From Chrysomallon squamiferum (lineage: Eukaryota > Animalia > Mollusca): a stretch of DNA of 64,000 nt. The translations under genes were made by a program, and so were the position numbers. Below the pieces are notes generated by a model. That model saw only the letters and a program-made list of their open reading frames with translations. It made no database searches and was not told where the DNA came from. The stretch spans positions 3,906,001 to 3,970,000 of the forward strand of contig CM022671.1 in the NCBI GenBank assembly GCA_012295275.1, in the 5' to 3' direction. Positions 30,538 through 44,160 of this stretch are shown here, piece after piece. The first letter of the stretch is position 1. The number at the start of each line of letters is the position of its first letter.

Positions 30538-31147
30538 TAATATTAACAACAATGATATCACCAAAAGCAATAACAATAATTTGAAGATAAGCTATTGTTG
30601 ATATAGTCTTTATTGTTATTATTATTATTATGATTATTATTATTATTATTAATTGTTGTTGTTGTTGTTGTTGTTTTTGTTATTAGTATTATTATTATCA
30701 TTATCGTCGTCATCATCATCATCATTATATCAAATATGATAACAGTGTATAATATATATTATATACAGATTAGTATATATCATTTCTTGGCCATTCAGTT
30801 TTATTCTAAACAGAAAATCAGGAGAGAAAACTCTTTGTATTAACATAATCTATTGTAATGCAATTCAGTATTACTATATAAAAATCGCCCCCGAAAAAGA
30901 CAATACCGTATTTTATCGTGTACATGTAAATAGAAACAATACTGAAGAAATAAATACGCAGTCTAAACCAGTGATATCCGATCGAATTACAATCTGTCTT
31001 TGATGGTGGTCCAATGAGATATATCCCGTTCCAACCGAATCACGTTATATGTGATTTAAATTATGTGGTATGTACTGTCTTGGCTATAGGAAAATAATTA
31101 TAAAAGATGGCTTACTGCTAGCTGCAGAAAATAGACCTTAGTGTGTG

Positions 31148-31242
<95 letters not shown>

Positions 31243-31831
31243 GTAATTTTAATCGTAATAGAAGTAGTAATTGTAGTAGTAAAAAAAAAAATAATAATTA
31301 AAAAACCCCACTATTATTAAATATATATATATAAAAAAAAAAAAAAAAAGAACGGAAAAGAATCAACAAGAGAAACACAAAACTCGATACAGAAAAATCC
31401 ACAACAGGAAAAAAAAAAAAAAAAAAAAAAAAAAGTTTTTCATTACAGTTTTCAACTCCGATTCGCAAACAAGACCGCCGCGTTTGTTTAAACATATCAA
31501 AACAGTTTTTCCCGTTCTTATCTGTCTTTATACAGCGTCGCTTTTCTTTACGATTATAATCGGCAACGCTTCGTGAAGGTATCAACACAGAATGAGTGCC
31601 TCAGAGCTGATTAGGCCAGCGAAACCGAAACTCTCGCACACGAAACAGTCTAGTGTTTTGAGTGGCATCGCCCCTCGGAAAGTTTGATCGAAATCGTTGG
31701 CGCGTTATCGCACGCACCAGGCGCGCGCTGCCGACAACACCCGACAGCGCCGAAATCACCCGACAGCGCCGAAACACAACAACCGCGTCCGAAATCGTGA
31801 TGATGTGTGGAAACTTTTGTCGAGTAATTTT

Positions 31832-31870
<39 letters not shown>

Positions 31871-31988
31871 AAAAATAAATAAAATAAATATTATTATTAT
31901 TAGTAGTAGTATTATGATTGTTGTTGTTGTTGTTGTTATTATTATTTTTATTATTATTATTATTATTTTATTATTATTTATTTTATTA

Positions 31989-32072
<84 letters not shown>

Positions 32073-32228
32073 GTGAAATCTACTTGGACAATTAGATAAA
32101 TATTTCTGTAAAAAAAGGTGAAATTAAGATGGCTATTCAAAAATAGAGCTGAAATCGTTTTAGTTAATGTTTAAATAAATGACTGCTATAAAACTCTACA
32201 GGTTAATTTTTGTTTATTTATAACTTAT

Positions 32229-32266
<38 letters not shown>

Positions 32267-32621
32267 TGTTTGTTTGTTATTTCTTCGTGTAATTTAACGA
32301 GAGACAGAAAGAGAGTTGATATTAAATGCTAGTTTATTACCAGAACTGTCACAATAACAAAAAGAAACAACAACTACTACCTCTATTACTGCTACTACTA
32401 CTTATAACATCAACAATATAGTAATGGTAATAATAAAATAGGGGTAGTAGTTATAGTAGTAGTAATAGTAGTAGTAGTAGTAGCAGTAGTTGTTGTTGTT
32501 ATTGTTATAGTAGATATAGTACCTGTAATAGTAACACAAATGAAAAGGACAGAATAATAAATATAATAATAATAATAATAACAATAACAATAATGATAAT
32601 AATAACAATAACAACAATAAC

Positions 32622-32657
<36 letters not shown>

Positions 32658-32830
32658 CGTAATAATAATAATAATAACAATAATATTAATAATAAAATAA
32701 TAATAATAATAACAACAATAATAATAATAACAATAACAACAATAATAATAACAACAACAACAACAATAATAATAAACATATATTCAAACACTGCATCCAC
32801 CCGATGCAGTTACGCGATTAATGTGAAAAC

Positions 32831-32861
<31 letters not shown>

Positions 32862-33264
32862 AAAAAAAAAAGTAGAATATTGATAAATGACTGCAGATCG
32901 GCTGTTTGTGCTAAAGAAAAATAAGCATGCTTCATGTTATCAGAGATAGCTCGTCGTGAACTGCAGACAGACAGCCAAAGAATGTAAGTAACGTTTATTT
33001 ATCTTATACTTGGCGTAGCAACGATTACAAATCCTTACTTGAAAGAATTTCAGCGTTTTTCTCTCTTTATTATTTTTTTTTTTTGTTTTTCTTTTTTTTT
33101 TTTAGCAGTTGTTTCTCTATCATAGCAAAGAATACAAATCATTATTAGGATTCTATCTCTATTTTGTTTTGTGTTTTTTTTTTTTTCTTTTCAAATACTT
33201 TTATTTTTCGATATTATAATAATAATGTAATTTGTAATAATTAAATTTTTCTTTGTGTGTTCAT

Positions 33265-33348
<84 letters not shown>

Positions 33349-33725
33349 GTATTTTTTTTATTATTATTATTATCCTTTTTTTTTTTTTTTTATGTCTTTT
33401 TCCAATTTTCTTTTTATCTCATTGTTTTTAGAGCCTCCTGCTTTATTTCCTTTTAAAAAATATTCGACAATAAAAGATAATTAGATTAATTAAAAATAAT
33501 AACAATAATAATAATTATTACTATCATTATTATTAGGAATTAATAAATAACATAAGAGAGAAAACTCACATGCTGTTCTTTTCGTTTGCCAGTAAGCGAC
33601 GATTTCAAAACTTCTTCAAACCCCCAAAATATATATATATATATATACACATATATATCACAGTTCTTTGATAATCCAGTACAAGACATACACAGACGAG
33701 TGTAAACAAACACTGTGAACTTACA

Positions 33726-33780
33726 GGGATTGATCCTGCGTGCTGTGGAGCCTCAGGCGACTGTTCTAACCACAGAGCTG
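33726..33780 (-). mobile_element. Decayed tRNA-derived SINE head (or tRNA pseudogene fragment)
   Basis: Minus strand reads CAGCTCTGTGGTTAGAACAGTCGCCTGAGG...GCAGGATCAATCCC. This has an A-box-like part (cf. AGCTCAGTGGTTAGAGC) and a B-box-like part (cf. GGTTCGATCCC) at tRNA-like spacing; no complete cloverleaf. Confidence 0.5.
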
Positions 33781-33900
33781 TTATATACTGTATACAAGTT
33801 AATTATCTCGAGTCTGTTTGTAACAAAAGACACATTTCACTGAAGACAAAATCCAGCTTTCTTTCAGCCTCGAGACATCCTGTACATTTCACCTCTTGAA

Positions 33901-34290
33901 ATATACACACACACACACACACAGAGTTTTTACAATTACACCCTCTGGTATTACACCCCCCTCCTCTGTTAATTACTTTTAATTAATTTTTAATTAACTT
34001 TTTATTAAAAATAAACGTATACGTCTGCATGACTGGCTGGTTATCATTATTTACATATTTTTATATCGCAAATGAAATAAAAATACTTCTATGTATTACA
34101 GAATCCGGCAATCCCCCCCACACACACACACACACACACACGCGGTATCTCTACATTAATTACTTTAATTAATTTTTAATTAATCTTTCATTAAAACGCA
34201 TATCATACAGTCATTTCGGTAACCGATGGTGCGTCGTTATTTCCATATTTATGTCACAAATGGAAAAACAAATTGGTCTGAATAACAGAA
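33901..34290. repeat. Diverged tandem duplication, period ~190 bp
   Basis: (CA)n followed by ttaattacttt(t)aattaatttttaattaa...ttattaaaa/tcattaaaa...ttattt(a/c)catattt...caaatg...acagaa occurs twice. Confidence 0.7.
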
Positions 34291-34468
34291 ACGCAAAGAA
34301 AGCTATTGTATGTATATTTCCTATTATTCTCAAAATGAAATATATCATGTTATTGAAACAGACAGCGTCTCCCGCAGATTTTTATTAAACCGGCTGCTCA
34401 GTTCTGAATGAAGTGAACAGAACGATTCTGTTAGATGCGGTAGTTACTAACACACACACAGACACACA

Positions 34469-34518
<50 letters not shown>

Positions 34519-35293
34519 CCCGAATCTAGCGAGATAGTAGAAACTGAGACTGTATTTGCCGCTGCATTTGATAACGAAAAAATATTTGTATTTTATTTCT
34601 TTGTGGCAGTGTGTAAAAGCAGGCAGGAACATTTTTATAATTTATATATATCATCTATCTATATCTATAATTATATATATAATATATATAAAAATAAATG
34701 CAAAATAAAGAAAGAAAAAAAAAAAAAAGAAGAAAAAAAAAAATATAAAGAAAATAAATATCGAAAATCCTTTCAAACTGGCCCGTATATACATATACAT
34801 ATAATTTTTGTACACACACACACACACACTTACACACACACACTCACAGACACACACACATACACAGAAAGTGATACAAAATATACAAACACATACATAC
34901 ACTGATGCACACATAATTAAATCACGTGATGGTGATTGCTCTCTCTATAAAATTTTATATATCCGCCCCAGTGATATAAATATTATAGATTTCCTAGAAG
35001 ACATTTCCCAAATGTAATGAAATAATAGTTATTATTGAAAACTCAGTAAATAATCTAATATAAACGAATGCGAAATATACTTTATTATAAGCGATTCTTC
35101 CACATGAACTTTTTAAAATAAAACTTTTTAATTTTTTGAAACTTAATCAAAGGCAACTGAGTTATAATAATAATTATTTTGTTGTTGTTGTTATTATTAT
35201 TATCATCATCATCATAATTAAATTGCGTCAACTATTATCATTATAAAATGATTAGTTATTGTTAATTTTGTTGTCATACACAGAGAGAGAGAG

Positions 35294-35394
<101 letters not shown>

Positions 35395-35579
35395 CACAAA
35401 CATAACTGTTTTACAATCTCTTTGTACCACATTCAGTATCAGAAACAATAACAATTATTTTATTACATTATAATTTACAAAGATTACGATTATCTTAAAG
35501 GGGGACAACTTAGCTACTTGTTATTTACTTTACAGAATAAACAAACAAACAATTAGCAAATTAGTTCGCTCATTTGGAA

Positions 35580-35811
35580 AAAAAGCTGGTAATAAAGTGC
35601 AAATAATCGCTTTGAACTGAGTAGGTTATCACGTGGCAGTGCGATCATGGATAAACAGGGCTGATAAGATCAGCTGAATGTACGTTTCATTATCACGTGA
35701 CCGGCGCGGCAATACGCACGTGTCTTTTCCAGGGAGAATATATTTCTTTTAGACTTTGTGTCCGTTTCGCAAAAGTGTGTGTTTGGTTTCGTAATTGCAT
35801 AGTTAATACAG
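35580..35811 (+). promoter_or_regulatory. GATA/E-box-dense element ending in a 5' splice site (candidate distal promoter/first exon or enhancer)
   Basis: TTATCACGTG x2, TGATAAG, GGATAA, CAGCTG and a further CACGTG within ~100 bp; CAG|gtatgt with GT at 35812. Confidence 0.5.
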
Positions 35812-36055
35812 GTATGTAATTTTTTTTTTTTTTTGTATTCCTTTTATCTTTCTTTCGTTCTTGCTTTCATTTTTGTTTATTTACTTTTTTTTTTTTTGTT
35901 ATTTCCTATTTAATTCTTCTTTTTTTTTTTTTTTTTAAATTATAATTTATAATTTATTTTTATATATGTTTTAATTTCTTCTTCTTCTTCTTCTTCTTCT
36001 TCTTATTATTATTATTATTATTAGTAGTAGTAGTAGTAGTAGTAGTAGCAGTAGC

Positions 36056-36090
<35 letters not shown>

Positions 36091-36575
36091 CAGTAGTAGA
36101 ACATCAATAGGAATAGTTGTAGTAGTAGTAGGAACAGCAGTAGACGAAGTCGCAGTAGAAGTAGCAGTAGTAAAAATAGAAGACGTTGTAGCAGTAGCAG
36201 CAGTCGCAGTATAACTGCAAAAGTTTAATTATTATTTTGTATTATAATTCATTTGTTCGATTTTATATCATTGTTGTTGCTGTTGTTGTTGTTCTCATAA
36301 TTATCTTCCGACAGGAATTTTCTTCCGATTTTGTAAATAACCTTCAAAAATTTCCTTTAGGCGATTTACTCTCATGCATTCAAACTACGTCGTCATTTTT
36401 TTTGATAAAAGTATTTTATTGTAGGTAGATAGATATATAAGTGTGTATGTAGATAGGTAGGTAACTGTGTGCGTAGATACGTACATAGTAACCAGGGAGG
36501 TGTGTAATAAATTATTAATTTATTTTATTTCATTTGTTAATTTATATATTTTTGGTTTTTTATTTAATTCATAAA

Positions 36576-36612
<37 letters not shown>

Positions 36613-36614
36613 GC

Positions 36615-36675
<61 letters not shown>

Positions 36676-37039
36676 TGTATCACACTTTTAAAAATTGTTT
36701 ACTTTCGATCTTATTATTTTTTAAACTTTTTTTACTTTTATTTTTATTTTATTTAATAATAATATTTATTTATTTATTTTATTTAATTTTATTTTATTTT
36801 ATTTTTGGGTTTTTTTTTTTTTTTTGCACGATTGTTTTGGGATTTTTATTTAACTTTTTTTTTTTATTAATTATTCATTTATCTTTTTAAAATTATTAAT
36901 TAATTAATTAATTTAAATGTATATCAGTTTATTTTGGTATAGCTTGTATTATTTAATTTATTTTTTTACTAACTTTATTATTTTCTCTACATCTATAAAA
37001 CCCTAAATAAAATATTGAAAATAGTGCTAACTATTGAAA

Positions 37040-37101
<62 letters not shown>

Positions 37102-37228
37102 AACTGTCAGACGCTAATTTATTTCTATTATTTTATTTTTCGTATCTCTAACATATTTCTAATGTTACATGAATATAAAAATATCGACTGTTATTTAAAT
37201 AAAACTTAAATTAAATTGTATTATTTTA

Positions 37229-37281
<53 letters not shown>

Positions 37282-37543
37282 TGATGATGATGACAATGAC
37301 AATGACAATAAAATTAGTAGAACCACAACTGCATCAGTAGTAATAACAATAACAGTAATAGTAATAATTATAGTAATCATCATCACTGTAATAAATATTA
37401 CACACACACACATATATATGTAGGCAACATACACATGTATATTCATTAATTCATACTGTTTTGTGGTATTATACGCAATTTAATGCTATTTTCTCGCATA
37501 CGTTATATTTTAAACCATTGTTTTACATTCTTTTTCATATATA

Positions 37544-37586
<43 letters not shown>

Positions 37587-38017
37587 TGGGTTAATCAAAC
37601 TGATGCTTTATATTATATTATAATCATCCGGTTATCAATCTTTTTTGTATCTACGTTTATAATTAATGCTTGCAATGATTTTTGGTGACAAGAGAAAGTT
37701 AATTATGTAACTGGAATTATTTAATATGATTAATATCCTGAAGTTTTATTTTTACGAATAATAAAAATGACGTTCTGAATTAAATCAGACATACAGGCAT
37801 TTATATGAATGATAGGTGCTTAGACAGGATTACTTTTTTAATTAAATTTTAAATAATTATTATAACAAGAACAACAGCAGCAGTAATACTACTAATGAAT
37901 GAATGAATGAATGAATGAATGAATGAATATCAACGACGAAAGTAACAACAAAAAATTATCAATAATGATAACCTTAACAAGGACAATAGCGACGACAATA
38001 ACAACTACAACAACAAC

Positions 38018-38051
<34 letters not shown>

Positions 38052-38199
38052 TTTTTTTTATTAAAATTAAAATTATTGTTATTGTTATTGCTATTGTAAC
38101 TGTTATTTTTATTATTATTATTATCTTCTTTAAAAAAAAAAAAAAAAAGAATTAAAAGAAATTAAAAACACCAGCGCTATATTTATAAACAGACGTCTT

Positions 38200-39050
38200 T
38201 CTTTCTTTCTCTCCCGACAGACATAGCAATTATTCTTGACATGTGTAATTAATGTAATTAAGAACAATGCAATTACCTTGCTTAATCATTGTATTAGCAG
38301 ACGTTCATTTTTTTTTTTGTTTAAGCGGGGAAACAAAATGGCGACAATCAGAGATTCAAGTGATAGACTCTATTAAATAAAGCACTAATTTTATCCCGGC
38401 GATTCGTTCGTAATCAAGTGTTTTAAAACACGGAGAGTTTTTCTGAGGGAAGGGCCAGGGGTGTGCGCTGCCAATCAGGCTCTCTGTATAGATCACCCGT
38501 CAACAGCTAAAGTACGGGCGCAAATAATTAAACCCTTTCTACTGGTAATCCGCGCTAGATTGTTAGGGTGAAAAAAAACGCAAAGCCGCCCAAAGTAAAC
38601 ATGCTTTGTGATACCCCACTGGGTTGTAGTCTCCTGCCTTCTTGGCTGCTTCCTTTAATAATATCCCTTGTCAATTGCAGGCTTCAAAATGAACCTCTGT
38701 TGTTTTGCCTCGGTGCAAAAATATCGCTCGCTCCTGCGCCCGGCAGAAATCACCCGATAAAGGCGGAGCACCTGTCAGTCAAAGCGGGCTCATTGGACGT
38801 CAGTGACAAGAAGGGCGTGTTCACGTTCAGCCGCGCCGCTAATGAGAAAAACGCACCGACTGTCGTCTGACGCGCTCTACGTTTCAGTTAACATGATTGA
38901 CAGGTATTTTATTGCTGGAATTGCCGGGAGTATAATATTAAACCAATGAGGGCGGAGATCGAGGGGGCTGGGCTGCCATTATGTCAGATCAACATTGTAA
39001 TACGGCCTATGATTGGCCCATTAATTCGTTTGTGGCGTCGATGGTGTCTG
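38200..39050 (+). promoter_or_regulatory. Proximal promoter region of the GATA gene
   Basis: One of the longest CpG-rich complex islands in the window. CCAAT boxes at 38471(+), 38792(-), 38943(+), 39012(-); GC-box-like gggcgg at ~38950; TGATTGACAG 38894-38903; CTGTCAGTCA 38772-38781; YY1-like CAAAATGGCG 38334-38343. Confidence 0.65.
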
Positions 39051-39322
39051 AAAGTCGTAGATTGCTGGCGCCGCTGTGTGTGTAGATGGAATGAAAGAAA
39101 CGCGTGTTTGACCAAGCTGCACATTTATTGTATAGACTGTAGTAGGCAAGCATTGACTAGCCCGCTTTAAATATTAACGTGTGACCGCCAAACAGTTTTA
39201 ACATTTTGTGCGTTTTGCCAACGTTTTTGGAAAAAGATAAAAAAAAATAATAATATTCTTAACATGTAACCGGGACTGTACATCCGTGCGTCTGACACAG
39301 AAAAAAATATTTTCACAGCCAG
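39050..39322 (+). other. Putative non-coding first exon (5' end approximate)
   Basis: Lies immediately downstream of the CCAAT cluster and ends at CAG|gtttgt (GT at 39323), giving a 448-nt intron to the 39770 acceptor. The TSS cannot be determined from sequence. Confidence 0.5.
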
Positions 39323-39521
39323 GTTTGTTTTGTACTGTTTATTTTATTTTATTATTATTATTATTTTTTTTAATATATTGTTTCTAACGTGCATGTGAAT
39401 CGCGTGAATTTGCGAGAGAGACGGTAGAAGGGGAGAGATACAGGGCTGTTTGTAATAGCACCTGTGTGTTGTTGAATCAGTCGAAATGCTTTATCAAAAC
39501 AAATTTATCTAGTGGACTCAA

Positions 39522-39535
39522 GCGCCATCTAGCGA
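39522..39535 (-). promoter_or_regulatory. CTCF-like motif in the first intron
   Basis: GCGCCATCTAGCGA (reverse TCGCTAGATGGCGC) is close to the CTCF core CCACYAGRKGGCGC. Confidence 0.4.
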
Positions 39536-39770
39536 TGTGGTGACAGTCGCAAAAGCGAGAGAAACCCGATTTTTAGGACTGATAGCTGTCTCGAGTGAAG
39601 ACTGCGTGTGTGTGTCTGTCTAATCAACTGCTTCATCAAAGATTAGATTGTTTTATATTTTCTAGTGGGTGAAACCGTACAGCCATCGAATTAACTCGGT
39701 AATTAACATAATCTGTTGTCGACTAATCATCTTTATTATCATTAACTGTTTTGTGTTTTTTCTCTTTCAG

Positions 39771-40002
39771 GTAATCTTCATGTGAAACATACGAAGATTC
39801 GTCCTGTTTCCAGCACTCACCTTTCTCCGTGGAGCAGCTGAAATTTAAAAAAAATATATATTATTTTAATTATTTAATTTTTTAAATTTTTTTTTTTTAA
39901 ATCGTCTTTGATGTGGACTAACTGTAGTGTTCTACTTATCTGAGTGTCATCTCGTTGTTGTGGTTTCGTTTTACTCAAAACAACAACAAACGTGAAATAA
40001 AC
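39771..40002 (+). other. 5' UTR portion of the ATG-containing exon
   Basis: Branch-point-like gactaat (39721-39727), pyrimidine tract, then tctctttcag| acceptor ending 39770, 232 nt upstream of the ATG. Confidence 0.7.
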
Positions 40003-40204
40003 ATGGAATCCTCTGATGCTTCATGGCTTCGTCCGGACGCCAGGATACCCCCGGGATTTGACTCCACCCCAAACATTCTCCCCTCCGAGGATATAAGTGA
40101 CATGTTTTTCCCTCATTCTCTGGAGTCGAACTCGGGACATATGAACAGTGGTTATTACGCCGCCCCTTCCGCCCGTGGGTCGGTGCACAGTTACAGACAA
40201 CATG
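40003..40204 (+). CDS. GATA123: GATA1/2/3-class transcription factor, first coding exon (N-terminal activation region)
   Basis: ATG at 40003 in strong context (aaacATGG). Translation MESSDASWLRPDARIPPGFDSTPNILPSEDISDMFFPHSLESNSGHMNSGYYAAPSARGSVHSYRQH resembles, from memory, the GATA2/3 N-terminus (ME...W; LLPPDEVDVFFNHLD; PYYAN..ARA.V.Y). Ends at a consensus donor CAT G|gtaagt (GT at 40205), phase 1. Confidence 0.88.
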
Positions 40205-40701
40205 GTAAGTGTTTATTTCAGTTTGTTAATTTAATAACGTTATTAACAGTCTCTTTCAAGTCTTTGATGGTGTAGCTACCTCTTTAATCAAATGTGTGTA
40301 CATTTTATTTTATTTTATTTTATTATTATTTTTATTATTACCGAGTAAAATTTAGAAATAATCAGGATTTTAGGAATCTTAATGAAATTATTAAAATAGC
40401 TGGTTTGTTTCTGATTTTGTTTGTTTATTTGAAAAAGAAATAGCAAAATTTGTTCTTCTTAGTCATCATTATCTTCTTCTTTTTTACCTTGTTCTTCAGT
40501 TTTCTGTTTTAGTTTATCTACAAAACATTTTTTTTCAAGATTTTATTTCATTTCCTATTTCTATTTTATTTTTTTATCATTTACCGGTAGAAATAATTTT
40601 GCTATGCGTTTTGGTTTCTTTCCTTTTCATATGTTTTAAAGAAATAAATGTATTACTAACAAATAAACAAATAGCGCAGTATTTGTAATAATAATAATAA
40701 C

Positions 40702-40769
<68 letters not shown>

Positions 40770-41321
40770 CAACAACATAATATTTAAAACTGCTTTGGGT
40801 TTTTTCAGACTGTTTATGAAAAAACAAATACAAAAAAAAAATTCATTCTTGATTAAAAGAGTAATAACTGCTTACTCAAACAAGATTTAAAATTAGGAAA
40901 ATGAAACTGCCTTTATAAATAAAAGATAGACTTATTTTCTACTTCTGCATATTACATTAAGCTTAACTGTTAGGGCAATACGTTGTAATACTAATAATAG
41001 CTGAATAAATAACGGTTTGGAATATTTCCGTTCAAGCCAAAATTTGTGATATTGTTTTGCCAATTAATATTTAGTACTGCAATGTAAGCACATTCAGTTA
41101 TAAAAGTGTCCGTGAACATTTTAGTCTTTTGTTTATCTCAGTTTATCTTTTTAATATAAATATATACTTTGTTTTAGATCTCTGTGTTATTTGATATTTA
41201 CGTATATTTCTATATATTTATAATTATCATTTCGACAGATAAATAAATAGCACGACTAGGATTCGAACTAATGAATTGTTATAAAGTGTACATAAAGTAA
41301 AATACGGCTGGATCTATATAT

Positions 41322-41352
<31 letters not shown>

Positions 41353-42091
41353 AAGAGCTAGTCGTAACGGTTTTATAAATTATTCTATTAAATCTTTTCT
41401 TTTAGGATTATTATTATTATTATTTTTATATACCAAAGAAAACTAACCTTTCAAACTATACAGTTTTCTAAATGTGGCAGTAACAGTATTAGATATTTCT
41501 GTTAGGTTATTGTTCATTTTTACTAATTAAAGTCACCGCAAAGCTTATATATATGTATATGCGTATCAATAACGTTATTACATATTTTACATTGACTGTT
41601 TCTCATAGGTTTGCTATTCAGACCTACATGACTAGCAATTAAATAATCTGCTAGACCATTACGCCTTTTTTAGACTAAACAGCTATACTATTACACACGC
41701 TGTTTGAACTCGATCTGGTTTTGTCACAGCAAAACTCACGTGTGTTTTTCAAAAATTGAAATGAATCAAACCACACGGCCGTCTTTTTTTTTTTTTTTTA
41801 ACAGATAAAAATATTTTATATTCTCTGTTCTAGTTTAGACATTTTTATTTTCACCGAACTCATAACGTTCATAAGAAAACTAGATTAATACAACGAGTGT
41901 TTCTTGTAGCTTTTTCTGAAATACAGTGAGAATAAAATTGTAAATTGTACAATGAGAAAGATAATTATACAGTAGATGTAAATGTAATTGAAGTTTCAAG
42001 GTTAGGAATTTCACACCAATTCTTTTCTTGTTTTAACCTTCTTATTTATTTAGTTATTTTCTTTCCTTTATTTTTTTCTTTCTGTATTTTA

Positions 42092-42134
<43 letters not shown>

Positions 42135-42471
42135 TTATTTATTTATTTATTTATTAGTTATGTATTTGTTTATTTACCAACACGGGGGCATTTTTAATTA
42201 TTTCAATATAACATGCATGTATGTACTTAGTGGCCTAAATATTACACACCGTCTCAAATTCAAAATAAATAAAAACAGAACAGGCAGGTTGAGATATTTT
42301 TACAGTGTCAGATTTAAGCACATGCACTTAAGTAAGACATTTATCTGCATGTAATCGTCAGCTATCCGAGTTTGAAACTCTTGTACTTACATACTTAGCA
42401 ATTAACATGCAGTAGAAATATTTTATTTTAAAGAATAAAATAAATTCATAATAATAATGATAATGATGATG

Positions 42472-42613
<142 letters not shown>

Positions 42614-43383
42614 GAATGAATTAAAAATAAAAGAGAATGAGAATGTGTATTCAAATTCAATTTTAGATTATTCTTGGTTGAATAAAGAATAAGAAAAAAA
42701 ATGCTGAAAGCAAACCAAACATAATTATTTTGTTGAGACCCGTTCAAAAGTATTGTAAATGAAAAGTATTTGTAATAGGAAAAAGTTAAAGCAAACAATT
42801 TATTTTTAAATTTGGACTGAGCATATAATAAAAACTGAAAACAGAAAATCATATTTAATAAAACAAAACTGTGCTAAAATAAAATTAAACAAGAAACCTG
42901 TTTGAACAATCAAACCATTTAACAAAAGGGAATTTCTGAAAAAAAACTCTTTTTGCTTTGAACTATGTTTAATCAACATAGGAAAAATTACTGCAGGCTG
43001 AATATTATTATGGAAATGGCTCTAGTAAATAAATAAATAACATTATTATTGTCAAACAGTAAGTAGTGTATTAAATATATTCTACAGTGTTGTTAAATAA
43101 TGATTCAGAATCACTATTGTTTCAATTTTTGTTTTTGTTTTTGAAATAAAATCAGAATACTGAAAACAAAGTATATTTAAATATAATTTATTATAAACAA
43201 ATTGCATTCATATCTATCTATCTGTCTGTCTGTCTATCTGTATTTATATCTAACTATCTATCTGTCTGTCTGTCTATCTATCTATCTGTATCTCTGACTG
43301 TTTGCTTATTAATCTATCACACTCATAGACACAGAAACATATACATATGTACATATGTGTGTGAATGTATGTATGTATGTATG

Positions 43384-43415
<32 letters not shown>

Positions 43416-44019
43416 GATATATTCACATGCACTCATACTCAAAACTAAAATGAAATTGAATTTAAAAAAAGGAAAACTAAAATGTTATTTCTTTTTTCTT
43501 CTTCTCTTTGTTTTTTCAATAATATGCCTTACTAATTTCAAACGGCGTATAATTTGGCTAAATTATTATTATACACATGTGGTACAGAGTAGAAACTATT
43601 TGCTGAAAAATGGCTTTTTCAAAATACACCTTACTTTTATAATTAAATAGTATTCACGCAATGAAACATATGTTGTGTAGTCAATTTACAATATTAAAAT
43701 GAAATAAAAATTTAAATTTAGACGAAAATGGAGTAGTTTTATTTCCAGATACACACACCATGTTGAAGTCAAATAACATTTCCATAATGAAAGGCACGTA
43801 GTTTTTTTTACAAATATTAAAACAGTTTTAATAACAAACTAAAACATGAAAGGGTAAAAAGAAAAAAGGAACAAAAACCAGAAAACGAGAACAAATAAAA
43901 CGCTACAAATTGAAATAAAAGTAATAATAATAATAATTAAAAACAAAAACAAACAGGACAAATTTGTTTTCTAAAATGTTCAATGCAGTATTGCTTTGAT
44001 AAGCCTGAAGCAATATTTA

Positions 44020-44160
44020 CTTTGTAATATTATGGAACTGTTCTGAATGGTAGTATTCTTTAGCAATAATATCTAGAACTGTTCAAAATGGTAATATTTT
44101 CTACCATATCCAGAAATGTTAAATGTGGTAATATTTTGCTATCCCGAACTGATAGTATTA
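44020..44160. repeat. Short degenerate ~35-40-bp tandem repeat
   Basis: gaactgttc...tggta(g/a)tatt-like unit recurs 3-4 times. Confidence 0.55.

Noticed and set aside
33726-33780. Functional tRNA gene
   Set aside because: Boxes are degenerate and no acceptor or anticodon stems could be folded; kept only as a SINE-like relic.
39955-40002. TTG-initiated N-terminal extension in the ORF track
   Set aside because: Prokaryotic start-codon artefact. The ATG at 40003 has strong context and matches the GATA2/3 start.
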